A DNA stretch of 64,000 nucleotides, from positions 907 to 64,906 of the forward strand of contig JAEXUD010000058.1 in assembly GCA_023453025.1 (NCBI GenBank), given 5' to 3'. The stretch is from Bacillota bacterium. GTDB taxonomy: Bacteria; Bacillota; Clostridia; Tissierellales; Sedimentibacteraceae. The position numbers and the translations under genes are program-made. Position 1 is the stretch's first letter. Each line of letters opens with the position of its first letter. The notes below the pieces were generated by a model that was not told the origin of the DNA, searched no databases, and saw only the letters and a list, made by a program, of their open reading frames with translations. Of the stretch, positions 1 through 10,546 are shown one piece after another.

Positions 1-62
1 TATTTGCCTGCTTAAGCATTGTAAGAAAGCACAAAACAATTATTTTTGCTCAAAAAGTTTAG

Positions 63-90
63 CAAGCGGGGCTGCGCCCCGCTTGTTTTT
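63..90. terminator. Intrinsic terminator hairpin at the end of the cyclophilin gene (T-tract on + strand)
   Basis: CAAGCGGGG-ctgcg-CCCCGCTTG followed by TTTTT. Confidence 0.7.
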
Positions 91-607
91 ATACTCTTTC
101 CGGTTCTTCGTAGGTTTCTCCGAAGGTTTCAACTGTAACTTTTTTTAGTTTTACTTCTTGGGCGGGTTTGTCTCTGTAATCGGTCTTTGTATTTGCAATT
201 TTGTCTACTATGTCAAGTCCTTCTGTTACCTTTCCAAATCCGGCATACTGACCGTCTAAATGAGGAGATTTTTTGTGCATGATGAAAAACTGTGAGCCTG
301 CCGAATCCGGAGACATGGCTCTTGCCATAGAAAGAACTCCTTCATCATGTTTTAAGTCATTTTTAAATCCATTGGATGTAAATTCGCCTTTAATTGAATA
401 TCCGGGTCCTCCTGTTCCATTTCCTGTAGGACATCCTCCCTGAATCATAAAGCCCTTTATTACTCTGTGGAATGTCAATCCGTCATAATAATTTTTGTTG
501 ATTAGTGATATAAAGTTTCTGACAGTATTAGGAGCTGTCTCCGGATAAAGCTCTGCTTTTACTATGTCACCGTTATCAAATTCAAATGTTACTATTGGTA
601 ATTTCAT
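89..607 (-). CDS. ppiB: Peptidyl-prolyl cis-trans isomerase, cyclophilin type
   Basis: FHRVIKGFMIQGG, SMARA, AGSQFFI, HLDGQY motifs; SD GGAGGG. Confidence 0.95.
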   Translation of the reverse strand: MKLPIVTFEFDNGDIVKAELYPETAPNTVRNFISLINKNYYDGLTFHRVIKGFMIQGGCPTGNGTGGPGYSIKGEFTSNGFKNDLKHDEGVLSMARAMSPDSAGSQFFIMHKKSPHLDGQYAGFGKVTEGLDIVDKIANTKTDYRDKPAQEVKLKKVTVETFGETYEEPERV

Positions 608-703
608 GTACCCTCCAATATAATTTTAGTGTTATTTACTATACTTTACACTATCATACGAAAAATTTCAACCCCGGACTTTGCTTGGACAAACCTTATT
701 TTG

Positions 704-757
704 GAGAACGCACCTTGTAGTGAGAAAAAGACCTCACTGCAATATACGTCCCCACTG
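704..757. repeat. Degenerate REP-like inverted repeat (GGGGACG family)
   Basis: gagaacgcaccttgtagtgag ... ctcactgcaatatacgtcccc; shares CGTCCCCACTG with the copy at 42803-42882. Confidence 0.5.
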
Positions 758-790
758 TGAGAATGCAAATAATTATTTATATCGATAGTA

Positions 791-816
791 ACAAGTATTA
801 TATACCGGAATATATT
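791..816 (+). promoter_or_regulatory. SigK-like promoter
   Basis: AC-N16-AATATATT (one mismatch to CATAnnnT). Confidence 0.4.
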
Positions 817-855
817 AAAGTAAAGTTATTATAAATATGAGGAGGTTATATAAGC

Positions 856-1821
856 ATGAAATGCTCAGATAGAAGAGATGTTTTAGGCACCGGTGGAATA
901 GCTGATAGATGCTGCACCGGACAATCAGGATGTGATTGGGATGGTACATTGCGCAATGTAGTAACTGAACCAATTTATGTTCAAAAAGTTTACGATGCTG
1001 TATTATTTAATTTACAAGGTTTAAAAACTGCTCCGGATACTTGTTTTGAACCAAGGCTTGGATGCGGAACAAATATCATCAGGATAGCTGATATAAGATG
1101 CAAAAAATTCTTTAACCCTGACAATATCAGTGATGACTGCAATTTAAGAATCAACCCTAACACTACCTTGTCCGGCGGACAATTCGTTAAAAAAGAAGAT
1201 GGATGCGATTACAAGGTTATAGGTCCTGACGGAACATTAAGTCAAAGATTGGTTTGGGCTGACACTGAATACTGTGACGATGAAGAACAAGGCACACCTG
1301 TATTTGGTACACAAAATATTGAAGTATCAGGATGTGTAGAAATTGAAATGGATTTAGTTGTAACTCCATGCGATTCAAATAATGAAAGCATTATTACATT
1401 ATCTGCTCTGGTTGAAATTGCTCCTGAATGCAATCCATTGATATTGACTAATTTCTTTGAAATTTGCGTACCTTCAGTATATGATACAGCATTCCTGCCA
1501 AGATTTACTGAATTCTGCAACCTTGACTGCGTAGTAAGACTTGCAACCAACAGCATTCAAAGAGATTTCACTCTTGACCCAAGAACAGGTGAATTATCAG
1601 TTAACTTAATAATTTCACTTTGTATCTCTTGTGAAAAGAAAATAGTAGTTCCTGTTCAGCTTTGTGTACTTAGCACAGGCTTTGTACAGTTATCACCTGA
1701 ACAGGCAAGTATCTGCCCGACATTCCCAAGACTGTTCCCACGTCAGATTGATGAGAATTCAGTTGGCGGCGCCGGCGGAGGCTCTGGATGCAGACCTAGA
1801 TCACAATCTGCTGAAGATTAA
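856..1821 (+). CDS. Cysteine-rich putative spore coat/exosporium protein (CsxA-like)
   Basis: 21 Cys in 321 aa; IYVQKVYD and IVVPVQLCVLSTG...PRLFPRQ resemble clostridial exosporium proteins; SD GAGGAGG. Confidence 0.55.
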   Translation: MKCSDRRDVLGTGGIADRCCTGQSGCDWDGTLRNVVTEPIYVQKVYDAVLFNLQGLKTAPDTCFEPRLGCGTNIIRIADIRCKKFFNPDNISDDCNLRINPNTTLSGGQFVKKEDGCDYKVIGPDGTLSQRLVWADTEYCDDEEQGTPVFGTQNIEVSGCVEIEMDLVVTPCDSNNESIITLSALVEIAPECNPLILTNFFEICVPSVYDTAFLPRFTEFCNLDCVVRLATNSIQRDFTLDPRTGELSVNLIISLCISCEKKIVVPVQLCVLSTGFVQLSPEQASICPTFPRLFPRQIDENSVGGAGGGSGCRPRSQSAED

Positions 1822-1834
1822 TTAAACGCGACAT

Positions 1835-1864
1835 AAAACCTGCTCATACAGCAGGTTTTTTTTA
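1835..1864. terminator. Bidirectional intrinsic terminator
   Basis: AAAACCTGCT-catac-AGCAGGTTTT plus T-tract between convergent genes. Confidence 0.85.
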
Positions 1865-2983
1865 TTATTTTTTTATTTTAAACAGCTTTAGAAATTTCTT
1901 ATTTATGTTATTAACTCTCAGATTATCTTTTTCCAAGTCTCCGATACCCTTTTCGATTAAACGTATATTTACTGATTCTTCTATGATGGTCTTAGCAAGA
2001 ACCACTACCGGCACTCCTAAAATCATACCCGGTACTCCAAATAATCTTCCTCCCACAGTAACTGATGTAATTATCCAAAATGGGCTGACTCCGATATTTC
2101 CTCCGACAATTCTTGGATCAAGAAAATTAGCATCCAGCTGCTGAACAACAATAATTATTATCAGTGCTGTAAGTGCTTTTGAAGGATTCACAAAAAATGA
2201 AACCGCCAGGACAGGTACAGAGCCTATTATCGGTCCAAAATAAGGAATTAAGTTAAATGCTCCTATTATTGTTCCCATAAAAGCGGCATAAGGTACCTTA
2301 AAAATAAAAAATACAATAATACATATTACTCCTACAATTAATGAATCAAGCAATTTGCCATTTAAAAAGCTTTTGAATATTTTATTTGCCTGAGTTGAAA
2401 TATGCAGAAATTTTTTAGCATTTTGTTCGTTAAAAAATGCATATATGCATCTTTTACCTCTGGCAAGTATGTCGTCCTTCTCTACCAGCATATAAATATT
2501 GATTATAAAGCTTGTAATGATTGTTATGGCGCTTGAACCTATATTAGTGACAAATTTCATTAACGCACCTGAAATGGCAGTTAAAACTTCATTGATTAAA
2601 TTTCTGACTGTTTCACTTGCTTGCAAAATATAATCAGTTGCATATTGAACATATTGATTATCGATTTTATCCTTTATATCAGTAATTATTTGAGTAATAT
2701 CAACATTGCCCTCCATTATAAAATACACAATATTATTGATATTTTCAATGATTTGCGGTACCAGCTTGTAAATCAAAAATCCGATTAATCCTATCAATAT
2801 TATGCATGCCAGCAGTATTCCCTGACATCTTCTGACTTTAAGCTTCCTTATGAAAAAGGTCACAACAGAATCCAACAAATATGCAATTATCAATGCATAT
2901 ATAACAGGTTTAAATGAATTCATCAGCCAGCTAAATGTGCCCGGACTAAAAACCATCAATAAAATTATTAATATTGAGAACAA
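1865..2983 (-). CDS. AI-2E family transporter (true start may be ATA at 3025)
   Basis: Multi-TM; NLIPYFGPIIG, QQLDANFLDPRIVG, GMILGVP motifs. Confidence 0.88.
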   Translation of the reverse strand: MFSILIILLMVFSPGTFSWLMNSFKPVIYALIIAYLLDSVVTFFIRKLKVRRCQGILLACIILIGLIGFLIYKLVPQIIENINNIVYFIMEGNVDITQIITDIKDKIDNQYVQYATDYILQASETVRNLINEVLTAISGALMKFVTNIGSSAITIITSFIINIYMLVEKDDILARGKRCIYAFFNEQNAKKFLHISTQANKIFKSFLNGKLLDSLIVGVICIIVFFIFKVPYAAFMGTIIGAFNLIPYFGPIIGSVPVLAVSFFVNPSKALTALIIIIVVQQLDANFLDPRIVGGNIGVSPFWIITSVTVGGRLFGVPGMILGVPVVVLAKTIIEESVNIRLIEKGIGDLEKDNLRVNNINKKFLKLFKIKK

Positions 2984-3039
2984 TATTGGCAGCGACAGTC
3001 TTAATATACTTTTGTATTTTTTTATTATATCACCCCATG

Positions 3040-4797
3040 TTACATAATTTTTGCCTGACCTCTGTATACAACTCCAAGTTTTCCGTTTACTGTTAAAATT
3101 TCTCCGTCTTTTATTTCTTTAGTACAGTTATCTGCTCCCACAACAACTTCCTTGCCCAGGTTTAAAGCGGCAATAAAGGCATGTGAGGTTAAACCGCCTT
3201 CTTCTACTATAATCGCTGATGCTCTTGACATATAATCAACAACATCTTTTTCTGTTGCTGCCATTACTATTATATCCCCATCTTCAAATTTATCCCTAAG
3301 ATCTGAAGCATTTTTTGCAACTCTTGCTCTTCCTATAACTGTTTCTTTACCGGCTCCGACTTTTTTGTAAAGAAGCTCACTGACAATATGAACCTTTAAC
3401 AGATTCGTGCTGCCTGATATTCCAACCGGTACACCTGCAGTAATCACAATCAGGTCGCCGTTTTCTATATAATCAAGCTCCAGTGCTCTTTCAACTGATT
3501 TGTCTATAATTTCATCTGTTGAATTCATTTTGCTTATTTTGATGGGATAAACTCCCCAATATAAGCTCATCCTGCGCATAACATATTCATTTTCGGTTGC
3601 TGCAATTATAGGCGCTTTTGGTCTGTATTTTGATACTGCAGCTGCAGTATAGCCGGATGATGTGGCTGAAATTATGGCAGATGCTTTTAAATCCAGGCAG
3701 GTCCTGCATGTGGCAAAGCTGATGGAATCGGTGATGCTGTTATCAAATCTCACATTTTTTGTTTTTAACAGTTCTTCATAATCCAATGAATTTTCTATCA
3801 TTATGGCAATTCTCGCCATGGTTTTTACAGCCTCCACAGGATAGCTTCCCGATGCCGTTTCTCCTGACAGCATTATCGCATCAGAGCCTTCAAATATTGC
3901 CGTTGCAACGTCTGTAACCTCAGCTCTCGTAGGTCTTGGGTTTCTTATCATAGAATCAAGCATCTGGGTTGCGGTGATAACAGGCTTACCTGCATCATTG
4001 CATTTTTTTATAAGCATTTTTTGCACAAGAGGAACCTCCTCAGCGGGAATCTCAACTCCCAAATCACCTCTTGCAACCATTATACCATCTGAAACAGCAA
4101 TAATTTCATCTATGTTTTCAACACCCTGTCTGTTTTCTATTTTAGAAATAATCATGATCTCATCAGCATTGTTATCTTCAAGTATCCTGCGTATAGCAAT
4201 AACATCATCTGCTTTTCTTATAAATGAAGCCGCAATATAGTCAATTCCGTTTTTGATTCCAAAATTAATATCATCAATATCTCTTTCGGTTAATGCGGGC
4301 AGATTTATTTTAATGTTAGGAACATTTATCCCTTTTTTATTTTTAACTGTACCGCCGTTTTTCACTACACATCTCAAATCAGTATCATTGATCGTTTCTG
4401 TTACCTCTAGGCTGATCAGACCGTCATCTATAAGGACTGTATCTCCAGGCTTGATATCTTTTGCGAAGCCCTCGTATGTGACACCGGCAATCTTGCTGCT
4501 GCCCAGTATATCTCTTGTTGTCAGTATGAATTCCTGATCTACCACAAGCTCTGCAGCACCGTTTTCAAAATCCCTTGTTCTGATTTCAGGTCCTTTGGTA
4601 TCAAGCATAATTGCTGTTGAGGTTCCTAAATCTTCTCTGACTTTTTTAATCACATCTATTTTCGCTTTATGTTCCTCGTGTGTACCGTGTGAAAAATTAA
4701 GTCTTGCTACATTTAATCCGTTTAATACTAATTGCTTGAATATCTTTTCATTTTCTGAAGCCGGTCCTATGGTGCACACTATTTTTGTTTTTCTCAA
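3040..4797 (-). CDS. pyk: Pyruvate kinase with C-terminal PEP-utilising mobile domain
   Basis: RKTKIVCTIGPAS, ARLNFSHG, MVARGDLG, GGLTSHA; TTG start at 4797 fits the SD spacing better than ATG 4806. Confidence 0.97.
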   Translation of the reverse strand: MRKTKIVCTIGPASENEKIFKQLVLNGLNVARLNFSHGTHEEHKAKIDVIKKVREDLGTSTAIMLDTKGPEIRTRDFENGAAELVVDQEFILTTRDILGSSKIAGVTYEGFAKDIKPGDTVLIDDGLISLEVTETINDTDLRCVVKNGGTVKNKKGINVPNIKINLPALTERDIDDINFGIKNGIDYIAASFIRKADDVIAIRRILEDNNADEIMIISKIENRQGVENIDEIIAVSDGIMVARGDLGVEIPAEEVPLVQKMLIKKCNDAGKPVITATQMLDSMIRNPRPTRAEVTDVATAIFEGSDAIMLSGETASGSYPVEAVKTMARIAIMIENSLDYEELLKTKNVRFDNSITDSISFATCRTCLDLKASAIISATSSGYTAAAVSKYRPKAPIIAATENEYVMRRMSLYWGVYPIKISKMNSTDEIIDKSVERALELDYIENGDLIVITAGVPVGISGSTNLLKVHIVSELLYKKVGAGKETVIGRARVAKNASDLRDKFEDGDIIVMAATEKDVVDYMSRASAIIVEEGGLTSHAFIAALNLGKEVVVGADNCTKEIKDGEILTVNGKLGVVYRGQAKIM

Positions 4798-4811
4798 TTT
4801 ATACATCTCCC

Positions 4812-5771
4812 CTATATTGAAAGTATCTTTGTAAGCTCGTATGTTGTCTCGTCAAATTTCTTTTCTATTTTAAGTGCTTCTTCTATGTCCATGTCAAATA
4901 TTTCATTTCCTCTGACACCAAGTACTCTGCTTGAAACAGAATTATTTAAAAGTTCAACCGCCTTAGCTCCCATCTGACTTCCGATCAATCTGTCAAAGGC
5001 AGATGGTGCCCCTCCTCTTTGTGTATAGCCCAGGACCGAATATCTGGTAATTACACCGGTCTTACTTTCAATAAGCTCGCTTATATCCTTTGCTTCTCCC
5101 GCACCCTCTGCAAGAATTATGATGCTGTGCTTCTTGCCTCTTGCTCTGCCCTGCATAACCTTATCGCACACCTCATCAATATTATACTCAACTTCTGGTA
5201 TAATAACCATTTCAGCTCCTCCTGCCAGTCCTGCATACAAAGCTATATCTCCGCAGTTTCTGCCCATAACCTGAATCACATTTGTTCTGCCGTGAGATGA
5301 GGATGTATCTCTGATTTTTTCTACTGACTCCAATACTGTTGTGAGTGCGGTAAAAAACCCCAAGGTATACTGAGTGTACGGAAGGTCATTATCAATAGTC
5401 CCTGGTATGCCAATAACAGGTATACCCGCCTTAGCAAGCTCCATAGCTCCTCTGAAGGTACCATCCCCTCCTATAGTTACCAATCCGTCTATTCCAAGAT
5501 ACTTAATATTTTTCAAAGCTGTATTAAAGCCTTCTTTTTGTTGGAAATCCTTGCTTCTGGCGCTTCCAAGGAAAGTTCCTCCCCTATGTATTATATCTGC
5601 TACAGAAGATAGGTTCATGTCAATGGCATCGCCTTCTACTAAGCCTCTGTAACCATTTTTGATACCTATCACATTTATATTATTATAAATTGCATATCTT
5701 ACAACTGCTCTTATTGCAGCATTCATTCCAGGTGCGTCTCCGCCGCTTGTCAGTACTCCGATTTTTTTCAT
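4812..5771 (-). CDS. pfkA: ATP-dependent 6-phosphofructokinase
   Basis: [31 protein letters not shown] motifs. Confidence 0.97.
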   Translation of the reverse strand: MKKIGVLTSGGDAPGMNAAIRAVVRYAIYNNINVIGIKNGYRGLVEGDAIDMNLSSVADIIHRGGTFLGSARSKDFQQKEGFNTALKNIKYLGIDGLVTIGGDGTFRGAMELAKAGIPVIGIPGTIDNDLPYTQYTLGFFTALTTVLESVEKIRDTSSSHGRTNVIQVMGRNCGDIALYAGLAGGAEMVIIPEVEYNIDEVCDKVMQGRARGKKHSIIILAEGAGEAKDISELIESKTGVITRYSVLGYTQRGGAPSAFDRLIGSQMGAKAVELLNNSVSSRVLGVRGNEIFDMDIEEALKIEKKFDETTYELTKILSI

Positions 5772-5819
5772 ATTATTTCCCCTTTGATTTGAATTTTTAA
5801 AAGATTAGTTTCTGATATT

Positions 5820-8800
5820 TTATTTTATTGCTATGTTGTTCTCTCCTAACAATAATTTTAAATTGCTGATTAAATCCTTACTGTTTGTATTTACCCAGTT
5901 TTTCGCGGGTAAAACCATATTGGCTTTTTCTTGCTGATTATAAATTATTACACAGTCGCTGCCATTGCATTTATTAATATTATTAAACAGCTCTTTTTTA
6001 ATTTTTTTATAATGTTCTGCATTTTCAACCTTTAAGTAGAGCTTTCTATTTTGTTTCTCTTCTGATTTTGAAATCATATCTTTTTTAAGCTCAGTAATTT
6101 TGTTGCAAATAAGCTTAGGTGCTTCTTCTTCTGAAATGTCCAGTATTCCTTCGACCAATACTATATTATCCTCATATAAAATATCTTTATAGCTATCGTA
6201 AATTTTGGGAAAAACAATACCTTCAACGGTACCGTACAAATCCTCCAGGGTGACGAATGCCATCATATTATTATTTTTAGTTATTTTATTTTGTTTTTTT
6301 ATAATTATTCCGCCTAATACTACTCTGCTGCCTTCAAATATTCGGCTGTCTTCCTCTGATTCCCTGATTTCAGCTATTTCGCTTGTGTTTGTTGTAGCAA
6401 TTTTTTCCAAATCCTTCTCGTATTCAGAAAGAGGATGACCGCTTAAATAAATTCCTACCATTTCTTTTTCCATAGCCAGTAAAACTTTTTCGCTGTATTC
6501 AGGCATATCAGGCATTTCTTCATCAGCTGTTATATCCATGCTTGCTGATATTACATCATCAAATAATGAAAACTGTCCTGCTATATTTCTTTTTCTTTGA
6601 TTAATAACTGAATCTATGGTCTTTTCATATATTGTCATAAGCTGCGAGCGCCGAACGTTTAAAAAATCAAATGCTCCGCATTTTATTAATGATTCTGTCT
6701 GCCTTTTGTTAAGCACGCTTAAATCTACCTTGGTGCAAAAATCTGTGAAGCTGGCGAACTTGCCTTTCTCTTCTCTTGCTTTTATTATTTCTGCTATTAC
6801 ATTTGTACCTACATTTTTTACTGCCGCTAAACCAAAGCGAATTTTACCGCCCTCAACTGTGAATTTGTCCCTGCTCTCATTAACGTCGGGAGGAAGAATT
6901 TTTATTCCAAGTCTTTTGCATTCTCTTATATACAGAGAAACCGTTCCTGAGCTGCCCATTATGCTTGAAATCAACGCTGCCATAAATTCCACCGGATAAT
7001 GAAGCTTCAGAAATGCAGTTTCATAAGCCAAGGCTGCATATGCCACAGAGTGTGCTTTTGGAAATGCATACTTTGCGAATTCAACCATCAAATCATAAAT
7101 GTCGTTAGCCGTCTTTTCATCAACACCGTTATTAACAGCTCCAAGAATTGCAGGCTCTCCATTTTCCGCAGCTTTTCCGTAGATGAAATTTTTTCTTTCC
7201 TCAAGCATTACGCTCATTTTTTTCTTACCCATGGCACGTCTTAATAAATCTGACCGTCCCATTGTAAAGCCGCCGATATCTCTTACAATTTGCATAACCT
7301 GCTCCTGGTATACCATACAGCCGTAAGTTACATTGAGTATGGGCTCAAGCTTTGGATGCAAATAGGTGACACTTTCAGGGTTAAGCTTATTTTTTATATA
7401 CACAGGTATTTGACCCATAGGCCCGGGCCTGTACAATGCATTGGCAGCCGACAGGTTTTCAAATTCGCTAGGCTTAAGTTCGCTTAAGAATGCTCTCATT
7501 CCTGAGCTTTCAAACTGGAATATACCAAGTGTTTCTGCATTGGCGAACATCTTATATACTTCCTTGTCATCATACCCGCAGTTGCTGAAATCCACCTTAA
7601 TTTTATGATTGTGCTCTATAAGAAGAACAGCATCCCTGATTACTGTCAGTGTTCTGAGCCCAAGGAAATCCATTTTCAAAAGTCCCAGTTCTTCTAATTC
7701 AATCATGTTAAACTGGGTAGTTATAATATCCTTGTTTCTGGATAATGGTACATACTCTGTTACATCCTCTTTTGAAATCAAAACACCTGCGGCATGTGTA
7801 GAAGCATGGCGCGGAAGGCCTTCTACCTTCAAAGCCAGATCTATAAGTTTTTTGACCTTTAAATCTCCATCGTATAAGTCTTTGAGCTCCTTGTTGATTT
7901 CCAGAGCCTTTGATATGGTCATACCCAGGCTCATAGGGATTTTTTTTGCTATGAAATCAACCTCCTTGTAGCTGAGGTTAAGTGCTCTGCCTACATCTCT
8001 TATGGATCCTCTTGCTGCCATGGTGCCGAAGGTTATGATTTGAGCTACTCTTTCTTTGCCATAATTTTCTTTTACATATTCTATAACCTCCTCACGTCTT
8101 TCGTAACAAAAATCCACATCTATATCTGGCATGCTTACACGTTCCGGATTTAAGAATCTTTCAAATATCAGGTTATATTTCAACGGATCTATATTAGTGA
8201 TTTTCATTGAATAGGCAACTAAGCTGCCTGCTGCCGAGCCTCTGCCCGGACCGACCATTATGTCGTTGTCCCTTGCGTGCTTTATAAAATCCCATACTAT
8301 CAGAAAATAATCAACATAACCCATTTGTTCAATTACGCCGATTTCATAATCCAGCCTTTTTTGTATTTCGTCTGTTATATTATTGTATCTGTCCTTTAAT
8401 CCGTTTTGGCATATTTCTCTGAAATATCCGGTCCTTGTATAGTTATCGGGAATTTTAAATTCCGGAAGATGGACAGTGTTGAAATCAAGTTCAACATTGC
8501 ATCTTTCTGCAATGTCGGCAGTATTTCTCAATGCTTCCTCAGGAAACAGCTCCGCCATTTCCTCATAGGATTTCAGATAAAATTCATCTGACGGAAATTT
8601 CATCCTGTCTTCGTCAGTCGTTATTTTCTGCATTTGGATGCAAAGCAACACATCATGAAAATATGCATCCTCCTTGTTTATGTAATGGACATCATTAGTA
8701 GCAACAAGCTTGATGCCTGTTTCGCGGCTAAGCCTTAAAAGAGACTCATTAACTGATTGCTGCTCCTTCATGCCATGATCTTGCATTTCAAGAAAAAAAT

Positions 8801-9311
8801 TATTTTCACCAAATATTTCTTTATACATCACTGCTGTTTTTTCGGCTTCTTCATAATTATCATCCAGTAAATATGACTGAACTTCTCCTGCTAAGCAAGC
8901 GCTTAAAGCTATGATGCCCCTGCTGTGTTCTCTCAATATATCATGGTCGATTCTGGGCTTATAGTAATAGCCGTCAACAAAGCCTGCAGAGCAGAGTTTG
9001 ATTATGTTTTTCCAGCCCTCCTGATTTTCTGCCAGCAAGACTAAATGATATTGATTCTTATCTTTTTGGGGATCTTTTTCAGTCATTTTTCGCGGAGATA
9101 CATATGCCTCGAAGCCCAGTATGGGCTTGATTCCAGCCTTTTTTGCCTGCTTGAAGAACTCCACAACTCCATACATAACTCCGTGATCTGTTATAGCCAG
9201 AGAAGTCATGCCAAGCTCCTTTGCTTTATTGACCAGTTCCTCAATTCTGCATGCTCCGTCAAGAAGGCTGTATTCAGTATGTACATGTAAATGCGTAAAT
9301 TTATTGTTCAT
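5820..9311 (-). CDS. dnaE: DNA polymerase III subunit alpha
   Basis: HLHVHTEYSLLDG PHP domain, GRGSAAGS, MPDIDVDF, KMDFLGL. Confidence 0.97.
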   Translation of the reverse strand: MNNKFTHLHVHTEYSLLDGACRIEELVNKAKELGMTSLAITDHGVMYGVVEFFKQAKKAGIKPILGFEAYVSPRKMTEKDPQKDKNQYHLVLLAENQEGWKNIIKLCSAGFVDGYYYKPRIDHDILREHSRGIIALSACLAGEVQSYLLDDNYEEAEKTAVMYKEIFGENNFFLEMQDHGMKEQQSVNESLLRLSRETGIKLVATNDVHYINKEDAYFHDVLLCIQMQKITTDEDRMKFPSDEFYLKSYEEMAELFPEEALRNTADIAERCNVELDFNTVHLPEFKIPDNYTRTGYFREICQNGLKDRYNNITDEIQKRLDYEIGVIEQMGYVDYFLIVWDFIKHARDNDIMVGPGRGSAAGSLVAYSMKITNIDPLKYNLIFERFLNPERVSMPDIDVDFCYERREEVIEYVKENYGKERVAQIITFGTMAARGSIRDVGRALNLSYKEVDFIAKKIPMSLGMTISKALEINKELKDLYDGDLKVKKLIDLALKVEGLPRHASTHAAGVLISKEDVTEYVPLSRNKDIITTQFNMIELEELGLLKMDFLGLRTLTVIRDAVLLIEHNHKIKVDFSNCGYDDKEVYKMFANAETLGIFQFESSGMRAFLSELKPSEFENLSAANALYRPGPMGQIPVYIKNKLNPESVTYLHPKLEPILNVTYGCMVYQEQVMQIVRDIGGFTMGRSDLLRRAMGKKKMSVMLEERKNFIYGKAAENGEPAILGAVNNGVDEKTANDIYDLMVEFAKYAFPKAHSVAYAALAYETAFLKLHYPVEFMAALISSIMGSSGTVSLYIRECKRLGIKILPPDVNESRDKFTVEGGKIRFGLAAVKNVGTNVIAEIIKAREEKGKFASFTDFCTKVDLSVLNKRQTESLIKCGAFDFLNVRRSQLMTIYEKTIDSVINQRKRNIAGQFSLFDDVISASMDITADEEMPDMPEYSEKVLLAMEKEMVGIYLSGHPLSEYEKDLEKIATTNTSEIAEIRESEEDSRIFEGSRVVLGGIIIKKQNKITKNNNMMAFVTLEDLYGTVEGIVFPKIYDSYKDILYEDNIVLVEGILDISEEEAPKLICNKITELKKDMISKSEEKQNRKLYLKVENAEHYKKIKKELFNNINKCNGSDCVIIYNQQEKANMVLPAKNWVNTNSKDLISNLKLLLGENNIAIK

Positions 9312-9355
9312 ATATTTTTTTGCTCCTTAGCGGTAATCATTTAACAATTTTTCAG

Positions 9356-9928
9356 CTACATGATTCCGTAAATAAATATTCCTATGATTCCGGCCGCTAT
9401 CATAATCTTGATAGGGTTCATCTTGTATTTCCTGAGCACAACGACTCCTGCAGCCACAAGTGCGATTGATACAAAATTCAAATCACTTAAGCTCATGCTG
9501 TTTATTGTTACATCCTCCGATTTAAATATTGCAAGCAGAAGAATTGATAATCCTGCAGAAGCTATCAGGGATACGACTGCAGGTCTTAAGCCTTTCAAAA
9601 CTCCTTGTATTGAGGACAGGTTTTTATATTTAAAATAAAAATAAGCTAAAGTGAGTACTATGATGCAGGACGGTGTTACGCATCCCACAGTTGCCACTAT
9701 TGCACCCGGCAGACCCGCAACCTTTGTTCCTACAAATGTTGAAGCATTTAATGCAATTGGCCCGGGTGTCATTTGAGATATGGTAAGAAGGTCTGCAAAT
9801 TCTTCTAATGTAAGCCAGTTATGCACTTCAAGCACCTGATGCTCAATCAGGGGAAGTGCTGCATAACCGCCGCCTATAGCAAATAAACCTATTTGAAAAA
9901 AGCTTAAGAAAATTTCAAGTAATATCAT
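9356..9928 (-). CDS. chrA: Short-chain chromate transporter subunit
   Basis: GLFAIGGGY, SQMTPGP; second of a tandem pair. Confidence 0.9.
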   Translation of the reverse strand: MILLEIFLSFFQIGLFAIGGGYAALPLIEHQVLEVHNWLTLEEFADLLTISQMTPGPIALNASTFVGTKVAGLPGAIVATVGCVTPSCIIVLTLAYFYFKYKNLSSIQGVLKGLRPAVVSLIASAGLSILLLAIFKSEDVTINSMSLSDLNFVSIALVAAGVVVLRKYKMNPIKIMIAAGIIGIFIYGIM

Positions 9929-10494
9929 AGCTGCTTACCTTCTCTTTTATAAATATTGTAATAAAAAGCTCCGAATACTCCGCTTAATATGATTATCAAT
10001 GCCGCATTCACATCAAAAATAACAGCTGCTATGAAAGTAACTATCATAACCAGAATTGATATTTTATTTTTGGTTTTTATAATGTCCTTTACCATTTTAA
10101 TTATAACATCAATTATTACCGCTGCAACACCTGCTCTCATTCCTAACAGCAGTGCATTTATTATCTTGTTTTCTTTAAATGCTGTGTAAAATTGTCCGAT
10201 AACAGTAATTATGATGAGCGGCGGAAGGATTGTTCCCAATATTGTAACTAAAGAGCCAAAGACTCCGGCAAGCCTGTAGCCAACCATTATAGATGTATTA
10301 ACGGCAATAGCTCCCGGTGCTGACTGCGATATTGCAACTAAGTTAAGCATTTCTTCTTCATCAATCCATTTCAGCTCTTCTACAAATTTTTTTCTCATAA
10401 GCGGTACAATAACATACCCTCCGCCTATGGTAAAAGCGCTTAAGGAAAATGTCGACCAGAATAATTTCAAATAAAATTTTAAATTCTTATCCAT
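9925..10494 (-). CDS. chrA: Short-chain chromate transporter subunit
   Basis: SAFTIGGGY, SQSAPGA; ATGA overlap with its partner. Confidence 0.9.
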   Translation of the reverse strand: MDKNLKFYLKLFWSTFSLSAFTIGGGYVIVPLMRKKFVEELKWIDEEEMLNLVAISQSAPGAIAVNTSIMVGYRLAGVFGSLVTILGTILPPLIIITVIGQFYTAFKENKIINALLLGMRAGVAAVIIDVIIKMVKDIIKTKNKISILVMIVTFIAAVIFDVNAALIIILSGVFGAFYYNIYKREGKQL

Positions 10495-10546
10495 TTTATG
10501 TCCTTCTTTAATTAATATCCGTACTCATGATCGAAAGTAATATTTC

